This document shows, piece by piece, positions 13,594 to 25,317 of a stretch of 64,000 nucleotides of DNA. The stretch covers positions 23,818,184-23,882,183 of the forward strand of contig NC_081359.1 of the NCBI RefSeq assembly GCF_030684315.1. Direction: 5' to 3'. The notes under the pieces were generated by a model. It was not told the DNA's origin and ran no database searches. It worked only from the letters and a program-made list of their open reading frames with translations. Each line of letters opens with the position of its first letter. The stretch's first letter is position 1. Made by a program: the position numbers and the translations under genes. The DNA is from Stegostoma tigrinum. Lineage: Eukaryota.

Positions 13594-14136
13594 AAATACC
13601 AGTAGATACAAAGCTATTTTATTCATTCTTCATTCGTTAGACAACACCCCCATTCCCCCCTTTTAAGTCCACCTCCATGCTTAGTTTCAAAATAAAAATT
13701 CCACCTTCAACAATGTAGCATCTCTCAGAAGTGCAGTGTTAGGAGCTAGACTGAAACTGGAAGCTAGAACTTTATTCTTTAAAGGTAAGTGTCCAACAAC
13801 TGAAGCTGTCATTGCAAAAGATTTTAGAAGTTCTTCTTAAAGACATCATAGCAGGGCTCTTAGAGAGGATTAATAGATTTGAGGCGGAATCAATGTAGTT
13901 TTATGAAAGGAAATCAAATGCAACCAACTTATTCGAATTCAGTGAAGACATGACATGTGCTATGATGAATTGGAGCTGCTGGATTTACTATATTAGATTT
14001 CTAGCAGGTGTTTAATAAAGTGACACATCAAAGGTTATTGTGGAAAATAAATGAAAAATGGTTTAGGAGGTTATACGTTGATATGAGTAGAAGACTGGCA
14101 AACTAAAAGGAAGCAGAAAGTAAGTATAAATGAGGC

Positions 14137-14360
14137 TAGAGTCAATAAATGTGGAGCTGGAAAGGCACAGTCAATCAGACAGCATCTGAAGAGCAGAAAA
14201 GTCAACATTTCGGGCCAAAGCCATTCATCTCTGTCTCAGTGAAGGATTTTGGCCTAAAACATTGACTTTCTTGCTCTTCTGCTACTGTCCGACCAATTGT
14301 ACTTTTCCAGATCTACATTTATTGACACCAGCTTCCAACACCTGCAGTCCCTACTGTCTC
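14137..14360. mobile_element. Fold-back Penelope-terminus element (diverged)
   Basis: gtcaataaatgtggagctggaaa...gtcaacatttcgggccaaa pairs with tttggcctaaaacattgac...ttttccagatctacatttattgac; extra tail on the right arm. Confidence 0.75.
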
Positions 14361-15139
14361 CAAGCGTCTATATGTGAGGCTAGTTTTCCAGGTGATAAGA
14401 CTGTGGTAAGTGATCTGCTACGGATGTCAAGGTTGGGCCCGTAACATTTTTTTTCACTATTTACATAAATAACTTGGATGAAGGGACCAAGAGTATGGGA
14501 AATTTTCTGAGACACAAAAACGTGTAAAAAAAGTACCTTGGCTAGAAAGGGATATAAATGAGTCTGATAGGTTTTCAACAAAGGCTTGCACCACCACAAA
14601 GCATGACTTTAGGATGAACAACTCACAGATATCTCAGCTATGTATAACTCTAACTCATGTGTCAGCTCCAGCTCTTTGACGAAACTGAACTACCTTTCAA
14701 TCAGAATCTTTCAGTTTCTAATTTCCCTCCGTACCTCATTCTTGTTATGAGTAATGCACATGGACAATCAGTGAAGCAAAGTGTCCATGTCCCTTTGCTC
14801 ATATCTTTTAATGCTTCTCCTGCAGGAAATTAATGTGCATAGATATTGGGAGTGGGTACTCAGATGTCTGACTGAATTTGCTTTGAAGTACAGACAACCC
14901 AACTGGTAGGTGAGCAAGGAGAACATGCCTGTGATGAAGGCGAGATTGAATTCAACTGCCATTTATTGAGAAATGCTACAAGCAGTGATTCCTACTTGTA
15001 CATTAAGTATCAGTATGTTTTTAAAAAGGGGTAAGGGTGACAACTTGCGACACAAGTAAATATTTATGGTTTCCTATGCAACTTTTGGATCCCAGTTCAA
15101 AGCTAGAACCAAAAAAGAAGAAGGGACGAAGCTGAATTA

Positions 15140-15389
15140 TAACCCTAACCCTAACCTTAACCCTAACCCTAAACCTAACCCTTTCACTAACCCTAACTCT
15201 AACCTTAACCTAACCCTAAACCTAAACCTTTTGCTAACCCTGACCCTAACTCCAACCCTAACCCTGGCCCTAATTCTAACTCTAACTCTAACCCTAACCC
15301 TTAAACCGAACCCTAATCCTAATCCGAACCCTAACTCTAAACCTAATTCTAATTCTAATCCTAATTCTAATCCTAACCCCAATGCTAAC
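15140..15389 (+). repeat. Degenerate interstitial telomere-like (CCCTAA)n array
   Basis: About 250 bp of TAACCC, TAACTC, TAATTC and TAAACC hexamers. Confidence 0.9.
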
Positions 15390-16104
15390 GCACTTCCGGC
15401 TGATCTTTATGAACAACTTCCAGCATACTTTAGAGGAGGAACTTTTGAGGGAATCCTTAGAGGAAGTATTATCAAAACTTTTTTACCCATCCTCCAGCAG
15501 CAGACAGAGTTTCACCTCAGTAAACAATGTGTTTACAGGAGGCTTGGAGCCACATTCTGGTGACACAGCACTGACACTGGGCTTGCAGCAACAGGAGGAT
15601 GGAACTGTCAAGGCTCTGACAATCAGTAGACTGCTGAAAAACAGGTCCCTTCTGAGCGCACGACAGTCTGAAGTGAAGGGCAATTGAGGATGCCGATGTT
15701 CGGTCTGATATTGTGCCTCAGCTATTTGATTGCATGGTTGCCTCCATGAACTGCTGCTATTGTTAAACAGTTATGTGGATTTTTTTTTCATTCTGTTAAG
15801 ATTTATGATTCTTTATGCTTTCCTTGTTGACTCCCAGTATCCTCTGAGTCATCTCAAATGCATGTACATCCTTCTTTAAGTAAGGATATAAGAATTATAC
15901 ACAATATTTGATAAGTGGTCTCATCAGTGCCCTCAATTACTGAAGAAAAGCATCTTTATTTTTATGTTCAAATCTTCTTGCAATGAGCATAGCATCTCAT
16001 AGGTTTTCTAGTTTATGTGCTGTACCTGTGCACTAACTTTCTGTGACTCATGCACAATACCTAAATGCATCTGCACTTCAGGATTCCACAGTCATTCTCC
16101 ATTT

Positions 16105-16348
16105 AAGTCAGAAATCACTCAACAAGAGTTTATACTCCAACAGATTTGTTTGAAATCACAAGCTTTTGGTCTTTGCCCATTCGTCAGGCGAAGTGAGAGA
16201 GAAGCCCACAAAAACAGAATTTATAGACAGAGAAATCAAGGGTAGAGGGAAGATTGTGATTTCAAATTAACCTGTTGGACTATGGACTGGTGCTGTGTGA
16301 CTTCTGACTTTGTCCAACCCATTCCAACACCAGTTCCTCCACATCATC
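16105..16348. mobile_element. Penelope terminus pair in inverted orientation (family B)
   Basis: aagtcagaaatcac...ccaacagatttgtttgaaatcacaa is inverted relative to ttgtgatttcaaattaacctgttggac...gtgacttctgactt; matches 23048-23082 plus 25430-25490. Confidence 0.7.
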
Positions 16349-17229
16349 CTTCACTTAATGAATTGCCTTTTTAATTCTTCATATTGAAATGAACAACTTT
16401 ACACTTTCGCACATTATATTTGATTTGCCAGGTTTTTGTCTACTTACTCAACTATCTGTATCCATCTACAGCTTCTTCATTGACTTCTTCACAACATAGT
16501 TTCCCACCTGCCTTGATGTCATCTGCAATTATTGCTACCATGCCCTCACTCCTGTCATGTACGTCATTAAATTCTTAAGGTAGCATTTTGAGTGCTGATG
16601 TGGAAAAAAATGTTCAAAAAGAGGCCATTTCTGCTGCAACATGTGTGTCGATCTATACTCCCTGACATAATTTTGCTGGTTTGAAAACCTTGAGGGAGAG
16701 GACATTTTGTTGCATTTTACAGTTTGTAAAACTTTCAAAGTTCTTTCAATTGTCTGAAATCTCTCTTATTTGAGGTTTTAAGCTGACAAACATTTGAATG
16801 ATAGGCTAACTTTGCTGAGAGGTAAAGATCATGAATTCATTCACAAATTGATGAAATGACCATTGATTGTTGTAAAAATGCATCAATCTCACTCATGACC
16901 TCTAGAGAACGGAATATGTCATCCTTAGCTGGATCTGCCCGACATGTGACTCCAGATCTACAACAATGAATTGATTCTTGATTGCTATCTGAAATGGCCT
17001 TAAGCCACTCAGTTCAAAAGTAGTTTGGGGTGTTCTGTTTGTGGATATGTATGTTTCTCATTTTCTGGTTAACAGATTACATTGTGAATGTAATTCCAGC
17101 AAGCTGGGACAGTATTCAGTGTTTGTACCATGCTAATGACTGGAAAACTGGTTCCTCACCATTGAGGTCGGGAGACCTGACCCACCTGAAAGATTCTGAG
17201 AACTTAATAATCGGGGGACTGAGCTTTTG

Positions 17230-18100
17230 TCTCCCATCAATTAATCCTGCTGTCATCCTCCTAAAAGCTCCACTCAGTCTCAGATTAGTTGGCCAAGTGT
17301 CTTTTGGATGAGATGTTAAACTAAGCCCTCATCAGCTTGTTTAGGTAGATTTTAAAGAGTCCATAGCACTACCTGGAAGAATAAAACATAGAACATAGAA
17401 CATAGAACATTACAGCACAGTACAGGCCCTTCGGCCCTCGATGTTGTGCCGACCTGTCATACCGATGTCAAGCCCATCTAACCTACACTATTCCATGTAC
17501 GTCCATATGCTTGTCCAATGACGACTTAAATGTCCCTAAAGTTGGCGAATCTACTACCGTTGCAGGCAAAGCGTTCCATTCCCTTACTACTCTCTGAGTA
17601 AGAAACTACCTCTGACATCTGTCCTATATCTTTCACCCCTCAATTTAAAGCTATGCCCCCTCGTGCTCGCCGTCACCATCCCAGGAAAAAGGCTCTCCCT
17701 ATCCACCCTATCTAACCCTCTGATTATTTTATATGTTTCAATTAAGCCACCTCTCAATCTTCTTCTCTCTAATGAAAACAGCCTCCAGTCCCTCAGCCTT
17801 TCCTCGTAAGACCTTCCCTCCATAACAGGCAACATCCTAGTAAATCTCCTGTGCACCCTTTCCAAAGCTTCCACATCCTTTGTGTAGGCATTGTTTGTTG
17901 TTTATTGCTCAGCAAACATCATAAATCCAGGTTACGTAGACATTTTCACATTGCTGCTTGTGAGAGTTACTTGTGTGTTGTTGGCCATTGTGTCTCGTTC
18001 ATTGCAACAGTGATTACACTATAGTACTTAGTTAGATATAAGGTGCTTTGAAATGCCTGGTGGTTGTAAAAAGTATTATTTTAATGCAAATTTAGCTTTT
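17230..18100 (+). mobile_element. Deu-domain SINE (SacSINE1/AmnSINE1-like) split by a CR1 insertion
   Basis: ggatgagatgttaaac...ccatagcacta..gaagaa lies before 17385, and tcacattgctgcttgtg...caacagtgattacact...gtgctttg...aatgcaa lies after 17880. Confidence 0.7.
17385..17880 (-). mobile_element. Young CR1 LINE 3' fragment
   Basis: Peptide EALERVHRRFTRMLP...LFSLERRRLRGGLIETYKIIRG; (AACATAG)n tail; near-identical to 45503-46000. Confidence 0.92.
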
Positions 18101-18155
18101 CTTTACAATGTATGAAACAGGTAACTTTGATACTTGAGTCAAAAGTTGTTAAACT

Positions 18156-18254
18156 GAGATAACAAAGTGTGGAGCTGGATGAACACAGCAGGCCAAGCAC
18201 CATCACAGGAGTAGAAAAGCTGACGTTTTGGGCCTAGACCCTTCATCAGAGAGG
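18156..18254 (-). mobile_element. Penelope terminus, single arm (family A)
   Basis: Reverse complement of 25284-25380; 10-bp TSD gttaaactga at 18148-18157 and 18255-18264. Confidence 0.88.
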
Positions 18255-18815
18255 GTTAAACTGATCCTGGATTTAACATTCAAGCTGAGGAATTAGAAGC
18301 ATGAGCTCAAGGGCATGACTCCTATTGCATGAATGAGTAGGAAGATGATCATTATAAATATTAACACAACTGAATAGTTTTGCATTATGGATCCCAATTC
18401 ACGTATACAGCTTGTATAATTAGATAGCAGTATGTTTAATCTCATGTAGTCAAACAAGTGGAATGAACAGAATTAAAGATGCAGGTTGAGCTAGAGAAAT
18501 CAAAACTCAATCTAATGTGACACACATTCTTAATTAATAAATTCTCCAAATTGTTTCATTAAAGTCAAAATTTTCCAGAGAATTCCACTTGAGCCAACAT
18601 CCAATTGTTTTCTTCAGCCTTTTTTCACAATTTGGCAGGGTCCCACTTAAAGTCACATTGAAAAAAGGAAAAATAATGTATAGAAAGTGCTCTTGAAACA
18701 TTTCCTCTGTGCAATACATTTAATCCATATTTAGCACTTAAAAGATATGACAGCTGTGAGCTCATTTGTAGCCCTAGAGGCACTGCCGTTTTTGTTTTTT
18801 TGCTATTCTTGTCAG

Positions 18816-18877
18816 AGTAGAAGAATTACAAAAATTATGCATTTTCCCTTGTGGGGACATCCAAACTCTTCTTACTG
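18816..18877 (+). other. Candidate exon of an unidentified transcript
   Basis: Long polypyrimidine tract ending tcttgtcag and consensus donor CTG|gtaagt. Two frames are open (VEELQKLCIFPCGDIQTLLT or SRRITKIMHFPLWGHPNSSY); neither is recognised. Confidence 0.35.
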
Positions 18878-19391
18878 GTAAGTCATTGTGGTCCAATTTG
18901 TTGCACATTATAAGAATAAATTATTTATATCACCAATTGCAGTGAGCATTTCAGACATGTTTGGTTTATATGAAGAATTCAGCATACATTTGAAGCAATG
19001 TAAATGGAATGAGAACTTAAAAAAACCTAGATCAATATGAGGAATAGACAACTGGATTAAAAATTTGGTTTTACCGTTAAAAGTAAAAGAATTGCTCATA
19101 GAACAAAAGCCAAGAAACAATTATATGTCTTGGGCAGACTCAATAATAAATTTGTTGAGATATGTTCAGAATTAATCAGTCATTCAAACACAGTGTCAAA
19201 AAATGATTTAGAGACCAACGAAATTCTGGTTCCTTGGTTCAATATTATCTAATCTACTGATCCTCAGATAATTTACTAATTCTCAGTCACTGTATTGGCA
19301 GTCACTTTAGTTTACATCCGTCAAAACTTCAATCAGCAATCTAATATTTTGAGATGACTAATTTACTAGAAGCATTTTACTCAATTCGAGT

Positions 19392-20065
19392 TGTGACGAT
19401 ACTGTGCCCTTAAGGGATGTGGTCTGTCATGTCGCTCTTGCAGAGGGGTATTGTCACAGTGGTGCCAAAATACCTCCTTCTGACAAGAAGTTGATAAACA
19501 ACTTTGAGTTCTCTCTGGGCTTTTATATAAAGTAAGTCAAAGAATTATGGGGTCAGACTCACATGAGCCAAAAGGATTTTGGCTTTGCTTTTAGTTAGTT
19601 GGCGGTTTTTGCTGGCTGTGGAGCTGAAAGTTTGAGTTCTCTGCTGCTACTTCTGTTATTAAGAGCTTCCTCTTAAAAATCGAAAGGGCACATTTTTTCT
19701 TTCAGTTTCTCTCTTCTGGACAGAGACAGCACATGAGAATAGTAGCTGTGTTGCTGAATTGCCTTTGCCAACGGTGCATTTATGGAATTATGCCGATATT
19801 GGAACAGTTGATGATAAGTGGTTAAATAATACATTATCTTGTTTAGTATTTCAATAGAGTAAAGAAATGCCAATTATTCCTTTAATTGTATTTTTAACTC
19901 TGTTGTAAGAATAAATTGTGTTTTGATTAAAGCTTAGTGGTGGATCAATTGAATCACATCTTAAATACGTCTTACATTTGCCTTTTGAAAATAAAGAAGT
20001 TAGGGTCTTAGCTATCTCCATAATGTACTTTGGGAGGAGGGGGGTGTTTGGTCTGGTTCATAACA
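19392..20065 (+). mobile_element. Solo LTR (probably Gypsy/Ty3)
   Basis: Starts TGTGACGA and ends TCATAACA (TG...CA short inverted termini); internal tatataa and aataaa motifs; no clean TSD. Confidence 0.65.
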
Positions 20066-20799
20066 CAATGTTTCTTATGTCTCAAAGAAATCTAAATAAA
20101 GTTACTGGATAACTTTGTCCTTGGTGTAACTATAGTACGAAATCTCTTGTCTATGATGTGATTTCAAAATATATCTTAATTTGCTCCCAGTATGATGAAA
20201 GATGTATAAATTATACAAAAAAATCTAGTTTTTTAATAACTTGGATTTCAAATTAGTGGCATATGGGTGTTGATTTTCCTTTTCTGTGAAGGAGTTTATG
20301 AACTAACATGGGCAGTCTTTTTGATTTTAAACCGATGTGTCAAAGAATAGATGACTGATGATTTCCTGGATGTTTCATGGAAGATTACTTATATTGTAAG
20401 GTTTCACAACGGGAGAAGGAAGAAATATTCATTGGATTAGCTGAAACTAGGATGGGCAAGTTTCTTTTTCTCATAAAAAGTTAAAATCTCCTCAATTTGG
20501 TTTGAAGCAGACCTGACTTCCATCAGATATAAGAGTAGAGTCTCCTCATGAAAGTAGCTTGTTCAGAGCAGCTAAGGGAATAAGGTAACTCTACATAAGG
20601 ATTGTAAATTGTGAAATCCTCCACAATAGGAGATTTTAGTTGAAACTGTGCAGATTAGTAAAAGATTGAGGGAATCTAAATTCTCATTAGTGTTGTGGTC
20701 AAGGGAAAATGTCCAAAGACTTGCAGGACCAAAACTGCAAAAAAAGCAAGGAAGGAAAATTTCTTTGGATTTTTGTTAACTGTAAATTGATGGTAGCAA

Positions 20800-21460
20800 C
20801 ATTGAAAATAGGAGCAGATGTACACCAATTGGCCCATCCAGGCCTCTCTATCTTTCAACATCATTGTGGCTGATCCTTTATCTCATTCCATATTCTTGTT
20901 TTTCTCAAATACCCATCAACACATTTAGCTTCTAGAAATCTATCCAATTCTTCTTTAAATATATTCAGTGACTTCAACTGTACATAATTCCATACAGTCT
21001 CAATCCTCTGAAGAAATTTCTCCTCACCTCAGTCTGAAATCACCTATTGCATATCCTGAGACAATGCTTCATTGTTCTGGACCCCTTAGCTAAGGGAAAT
21101 GTCATCATGGAAACCAGTCCTTTGAGCACTGTCCAAATTTGATACATTTCAATGAAATCTCTTCACATTTCTCCATACTCCAGTGACCACAGAATCATAG
21201 ACAGGCCCACTTGACCCAATCTGTCCTCACACAATGAACCTGTCATGCCAGAAATCAGTCTGATGAATCTTCACTGAACTCCCTCTATGGAAGGTCTACC
21301 TTGTCTCTGGTAAATAGGCCAAAACTGCACACAATTCCCCAGGTGTGAGCATATCAAGGCCAAATACAGTTGTAATAAGGCTTGCGTATTCCTTTTGCAA
21401 AGAAGCCCAAAGTATCATATGCCTTTCAAACTGCTTAATGTAACTATATTGTTTTCCAAT
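20800..21460 (-). mobile_element. Old CR1 fragment
   Basis: CR1 3' UTR (aggagcagatgtacaccaattggccc...) and degenerate ORF2 end (ccaaaactgcacacaattccccaggtgtg). Confidence 0.7.
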
Positions 21461-21695
21461 TAAAATCAAAATTCTCCAGATGCTGGAAATCTGGAACAAA
21501 CATAGACAATACTGAAGAAACTCAACGGGTCTGATAGCATTTGGGAGAGACAAACAGAGTTAACATTTTGAGTCTGATATGACTGTTTTTCAATTCGAAA
21601 GAAGTTATATCAAACCCAAAACGTTAAATCTGTTTCTCTGTCCGCAGATAGTGACAGACCTGTTGAGATTATTCAGCATTCTCCGTCTTTGATTT
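21460..21695. mobile_element. Fold-back Penelope-terminus element (family C-like)
   Basis: Left arm cagatgctggaaatctg...cagagttaacattttg; right arm ccaaaacgttaaatctgtttctctg...cagacctgttgag. Confidence 0.7.
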
Positions 21696-22159
21696 GAAAG
21701 GTTGGTGTTCTTATATAAGAGGAAATTAACATTTCAGAATATAACACCATTTCAAATAATTCTCTGCCATACTGTTTTCTTAATGAACTGGATAACTTCA
21801 CATGTGTCCATGTTATTTGCATTTGCTATGTATTTACCCACTCACTCAATTTGCCTAAATCACCCTGAAGATTTTATTTACACTGGCTTCATCGGTCCCG
21901 TTCCAGCCTGGTGTCAAATATGAGATATTTAAACAGCTTTTCAATGTGTTAGTGAACAAGGGTGGAAGTGTGAATAGGTGAATGTGCAGGTGTGCAAGGG
22001 GCCAGCTTGGGTGAGGAGACTAACTAAGGGCATAGATTGATTGAGGTAATAAAATCTGGAATATAAAGCTAGTTATACCCTGAAATCATTATTGATTGTC
22101 ATTAAAAAAAACTTTAGTTCCCTTGGCACTGTTGGAAGGACAGTGCAAACTGACTAAAA

Positions 22160-22300
22160 ATGGTTCTAAGGAAAGGCCATTGGATTTGAAACATTAACAT
22201 TTTTTTTCTCTCAATGGATGGAACCAGACCTGCTGAATTTCTCCAGCACTTCCTGTTTTTGTTTTGCTTCAAATCTCCAGCATCCACGTTCCTTTGTTTT
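22160..22300 (+). mobile_element. Penelope terminus, single arm (family C-like)
   Basis: gttctaaggaaaggccattggatttgaaacattaac...ccagacctgctgaatttctccagca...ccagcatccac. Confidence 0.7.
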
Positions 22301-22310
22301 AATGGTGACA

Positions 22311-23082
22311 AAAGAGCACAGTAAGAAAGATTTCACAAATACAGAACAGTGCAGTGGGGTCACATGTAGTGCACCATGAACCCAAAATCTAAGTCAAGCC
22401 CATCTTCATGGGTATGGAAATTAGCTATCAGTTTCAGCTTGGCGATTCTGCGTTGTTGTGTGACAATCACCAGACAGACATGTTCGCTCTCAGGCAGGAA
22501 ACACTTCAGCGGTCAAGAACATTAAGCCTATAACCTTCTGGTCAGCCTTCTCCAAGGCGGCCTTCAAGATACACAACAACGCAGTTCGTCAAGCAGAAAC
22601 TGATACCCAAGTTCCATACCCATGAAGATGGCCTCAACTGTGATCTGGGGTTCATGTCGTGCTATATGTAACCTTACCATACTGTTCTGTACCTGTAGAG
22701 GTTTCCTTGCTGTGCTGTTTTGACACTATCACCTTGATCACGTGTTATGACCTGTGTATCTTAATTAGTTTGTAGAGTTTTGGATTACTCATTACTTTGG
22801 TTAAACACTAGGCATGTTACTCTTATACCAATCATATTATTCCAGTCATTTCGTTTGTCTCCCACACCATATTTTTAAAAATATTTTGTATTTTTCTTTC
22901 TGCCTCAAATAGTCAGATCATAGTCACCTCTTCACTTGTTATTCAGCTATTGACACTTTACTCAGATCATTTGTGTGATCTTTTTGATTTCTCTGCCTAT
23001 CTGCTTCTCTTCACTTCACCTGATGAAGGAGCAGCAGTCCAAAAGCTTGTGATTCGTAATAAACCAATTGGACTGTAACCTG
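22311..23082 (+). mobile_element. Penelope-like element family B, 3' remnant with inverted partial repeat (continues at 25430-25490)
   Basis: 22465-22670 gives a frameshifted GIY-YIG C-terminus (HFSG..., LQGGLQDTQQR, QKLIPKFHTHEDGLNCDLGFMS). 22311-22462 is an inverted copy of about 22570-22720. Hammerhead-like motif at 23016 and aataaa at 23058. Confidence 0.8.
23016..23052 (+). ncRNA. Degenerate minimal type I hammerhead ribozyme (PLE family B)
   Basis: tcac-CTGATGA-a-ggagcagcagtcc-AAAAGCTT-gtga: 4-bp helix I and palindromic AAGCTT helix III. GAAA is mutated to AAAA, so it is probably inactive. Confidence 0.6.
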
Positions 23083-23161
23083 TAACCTCTCACCCGCAGA
23101 ACGGGCAGCCCTCCGCTCCAACCCCAACCTCACCATCAAACCCGCAGACAAGGGTGGCGCA

Positions 23162-25063
23162 GTGGTAGTATGGCGCACTGACCTCTACATCGCCGAGGCC
23201 AGAGGCCAACTCTCCGACACCACCTCCTACCGCCCCCTTGATCATGACCCCACTCCCGAGCACCAAACCACCATCTCCAACACCATTCATGACCTCATCA
23301 CCACAGGGGACCTTCCACCCACAGCCTCCAACCTCATTGTTCCCCAACCCCGCATAGTCCGTTTCTATCTCCTTCCCAAAATCCACAAACCTGCCTGCCC
23401 TGGTCGACCGATCGTCTCAGCCTGCTCCTGCCCCACCGAACTCATCTCCACCTATCTGGACTCCATTTTCTCCCCTTTGGTTCAGGAACTCCCCACCTAC
23501 GTCCGTGTAACCACCCACGCCCTCCACCTCCTCCAGGACTTCCAATTCCCTGGCCCCCAACACCTCATCTTCACCATAGACGTCCAGCCCCTATACACCT
23601 GCATTCCGCATGCAGATGGCCTCAAGGCCCTCCGCTTCTTCCTGTCCCGCAGGCCCGACCAGTCCCCCTCCACCGACACCCTCATCCACCTAGCTGAACT
23701 CGTCCTCACCCTCAACAACTTCTCTTTTGACTCCTCCCACTTCCCACAGACTAAGGGGGTGGCCATGGGCACCCACATGGGCCCCAGCTATGCCTGCCTC
23801 TTTGTAGGTTACGTGGAACAGTCCCTCTTCCGCACCTACACAGGCCCCAAACCCCACCTCTTCCTCCGGTACATTGATGACTGTATCGGCGCCACCTCTT
23901 GCTCCCCAGAGGAGCTCGAACAGTTCATCCACTTCACCAACACCTTCCACCCCAACTTTCAGTTCACCTGGGCCATCTCCAGCACATCCCTCACCTTCCT
24001 GGGCCTCTCAGTCTCCATCTCAGGCAACCAGCTTGTAACTGATGTCCATTTGAAGCCCACCGACTCCCACAGCTACCTAGAATACACCTCCTCCCACCCA
24101 CCCTACTGCAAAAATTCCATCCCCTATTCCCAATTCCTCCGCCTCCGCCGCATCTGCTCCCACGATAAGACATTCCACTCCCGCACATCCCAGATGTCCA
24201 AGTTCTTCAAGGACCGCAACTTTCCCCCCACAGTGATCGAGAACGCCCTTGACCGCGTCTCCCGTATTTCCCGCAACACATCCCTCACACCCTGCCCCCG
24301 CCACAACCGCCCAAAGAGGATCCCCCTCATTCTCACACACCACCCTACCAACCTCCGGATACAACGCATCATCCTCCGACACTTCCGCCATTTACAATCC
24401 GACCCCACCACCCAAGACATTTTTCCATCCCCACCCCTGACTGCTTTCCGGAGAGACCACTCTCTCCGTGACTCCCTTGTTCACTCCATACTGCCCTCCA
24501 ACCCCACCACACCCGGCACCTTCCCCTGCAACCGCAGGAAATGCTACACTTGCCCCCACACCTCCTCCCTCACCCCTATCCCAGGCCCCAAGATGACTTT
24601 CCACATTAAGCAGAGGTTCACCTGCACATCTGCCAATGTGGTATACTGCATCCACTGTACCTGGTGTGGCTTCCTCTACATTGGGGAAACCAAGCGGAGG
24701 CTTGGAGACCGCTTTGCAGAACACCTCCGCTCAGTTCGCAACAAACAACTGCACCTCCCAGTCGCAAACCATTTCCACTCCCCTTCCCATTCTTTAGATG
24801 ACATGTCCATCATGGGCCTCCTGCAGTGCTACAATGATGCCACCCGAAGGTTGCAGGAACAGCAACTCATATTCCGCCTGGGAACCCTGCAGCCTAATGG
24901 TATCAATGTAGACTTCACCAGTTTCAAAATCTCCCCTTCCCCAACTGCATCCCTAAACCAGCCCAGTTCGTCCCCTCCCCCCACTGCACCACACAACCAG
25001 CCCAGCTCTTCCCCCCCACCCACTGCATCCCAAAACCAGTCCAACCTGTCTCTGCCTCCCTAA
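23162..25063 (+). CDS. Penelope reverse transcriptase + GIY-YIG endonuclease (N-terminally truncated; frame open from ~23084)
   Basis: Upstream in frame IKPADKGGAVV. RT motifs LPKIHK, GRPIVS, DVQPLYT, GVAMG..MGP, RYIDD. Linker CNRRKCYTC. Endonuclease VVYCIHCTWCGFLYIGETKRRLGDRFAEH...EQQLI...PNGIN. No stops over 633 codons; the GTG start is not the true start. Confidence 0.92.
   Translation: MVVWRTDLYIAEARGQLSDTTSYRPLDHDPTPEHQTTISNTIHDLITTGDLPPTASNLIVPQPRIVRFYLLPKIHKPACPGRPIVSACSCPTELISTYLDSIFSPLVQELPTYVRVTTHALHLLQDFQFPGPQHLIFTIDVQPLYTCIPHADGLKALRFFLSRRPDQSPSTDTLIHLAELVLTLNNFSFDSSHFPQTKGVAMGTHMGPSYACLFVGYVEQSLFRTYTGPKPHLFLRYIDDCIGATSCSPEELEQFIHFTNTFHPNFQFTWAISSTSLTFLGLSVSISGNQLVTDVHLKPTDSHSYLEYTSSHPPYCKNSIPYSQFLRLRRICSHDKTFHSRTSQMSKFFKDRNFPPTVIENALDRVSRISRNTSLTPCPRHNRPKRIPLILTHHPTNLRIQRIILRHFRHLQSDPTTQDIFPSPPLTAFRRDHSLRDSLVHSILPSNPTTPGTFPCNRRKCYTCPHTSSLTPIPGPKMTFHIKQRFTCTSANVVYCIHCTWCGFLYIGETKRRLGDRFAEHLRSVRNKQLHLPVANHFHSPSHSLDDMSIMGLLQCYNDATRRLQEQQLIFRLGTLQPNGINVDFTSFKISPSPTASLNQPSSSPPPTAPHNQPSSSPPPTASQNQSNLSLPP
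24937..25055 (+). repeat. 3 x 39-bp tandem repeat in the PLE ORF end
   Basis: Encodes PTASLNQPSSSPP / PTAPHNQPSSSPP / PTASQNQSNLSLP. Confidence 0.8.
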
Positions 25064-25285
25064 CCGGTTCTTCCTCTCACCCATCCCTTCCTCCCACCCC
25101 AAACCGCACCTCCATCTGCCTACTAACCTCATCCCACCTCCTTGACCTGTCCGTCTTCCCTGGACTGACCTATCCCCTCCCTACCTCCCCAGCTATACTC
25201 TCTCCACCTATCTTCTTTACTCTCCATCTTCGGTCCGCCTCCCCCTCTCTCCCTATTTATTCCAGTTCCCTCTCCCCATCCCCCT

Positions 25286-25317
25286 CTCTGATGAAGGGTC
25301 TAGGCCCGAAACGTCAG
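25286..25317 (+). ncRNA. Minimal hammerhead-like core (PLE family A)
   Basis: CTGATGA-a-GGGT-ctag-GCCC-GAAAC-GTC has intact core boxes, helix II and palindromic ACGT helix III. Only 2 bp of helix I (ct/ag) are apparent. Confidence 0.6.

Noticed and set aside
15066-15563. 165-aa ORF with NP/LT repeats
   Set aside because: The length comes from stop-free frames of the CCCTAA array; the flanking peptide has no recognisable domain.
23090-25044. Multiple antisense ORFs over the PLE
   Set aside because: By-product of the C-rich coding strand; no independent evidence.
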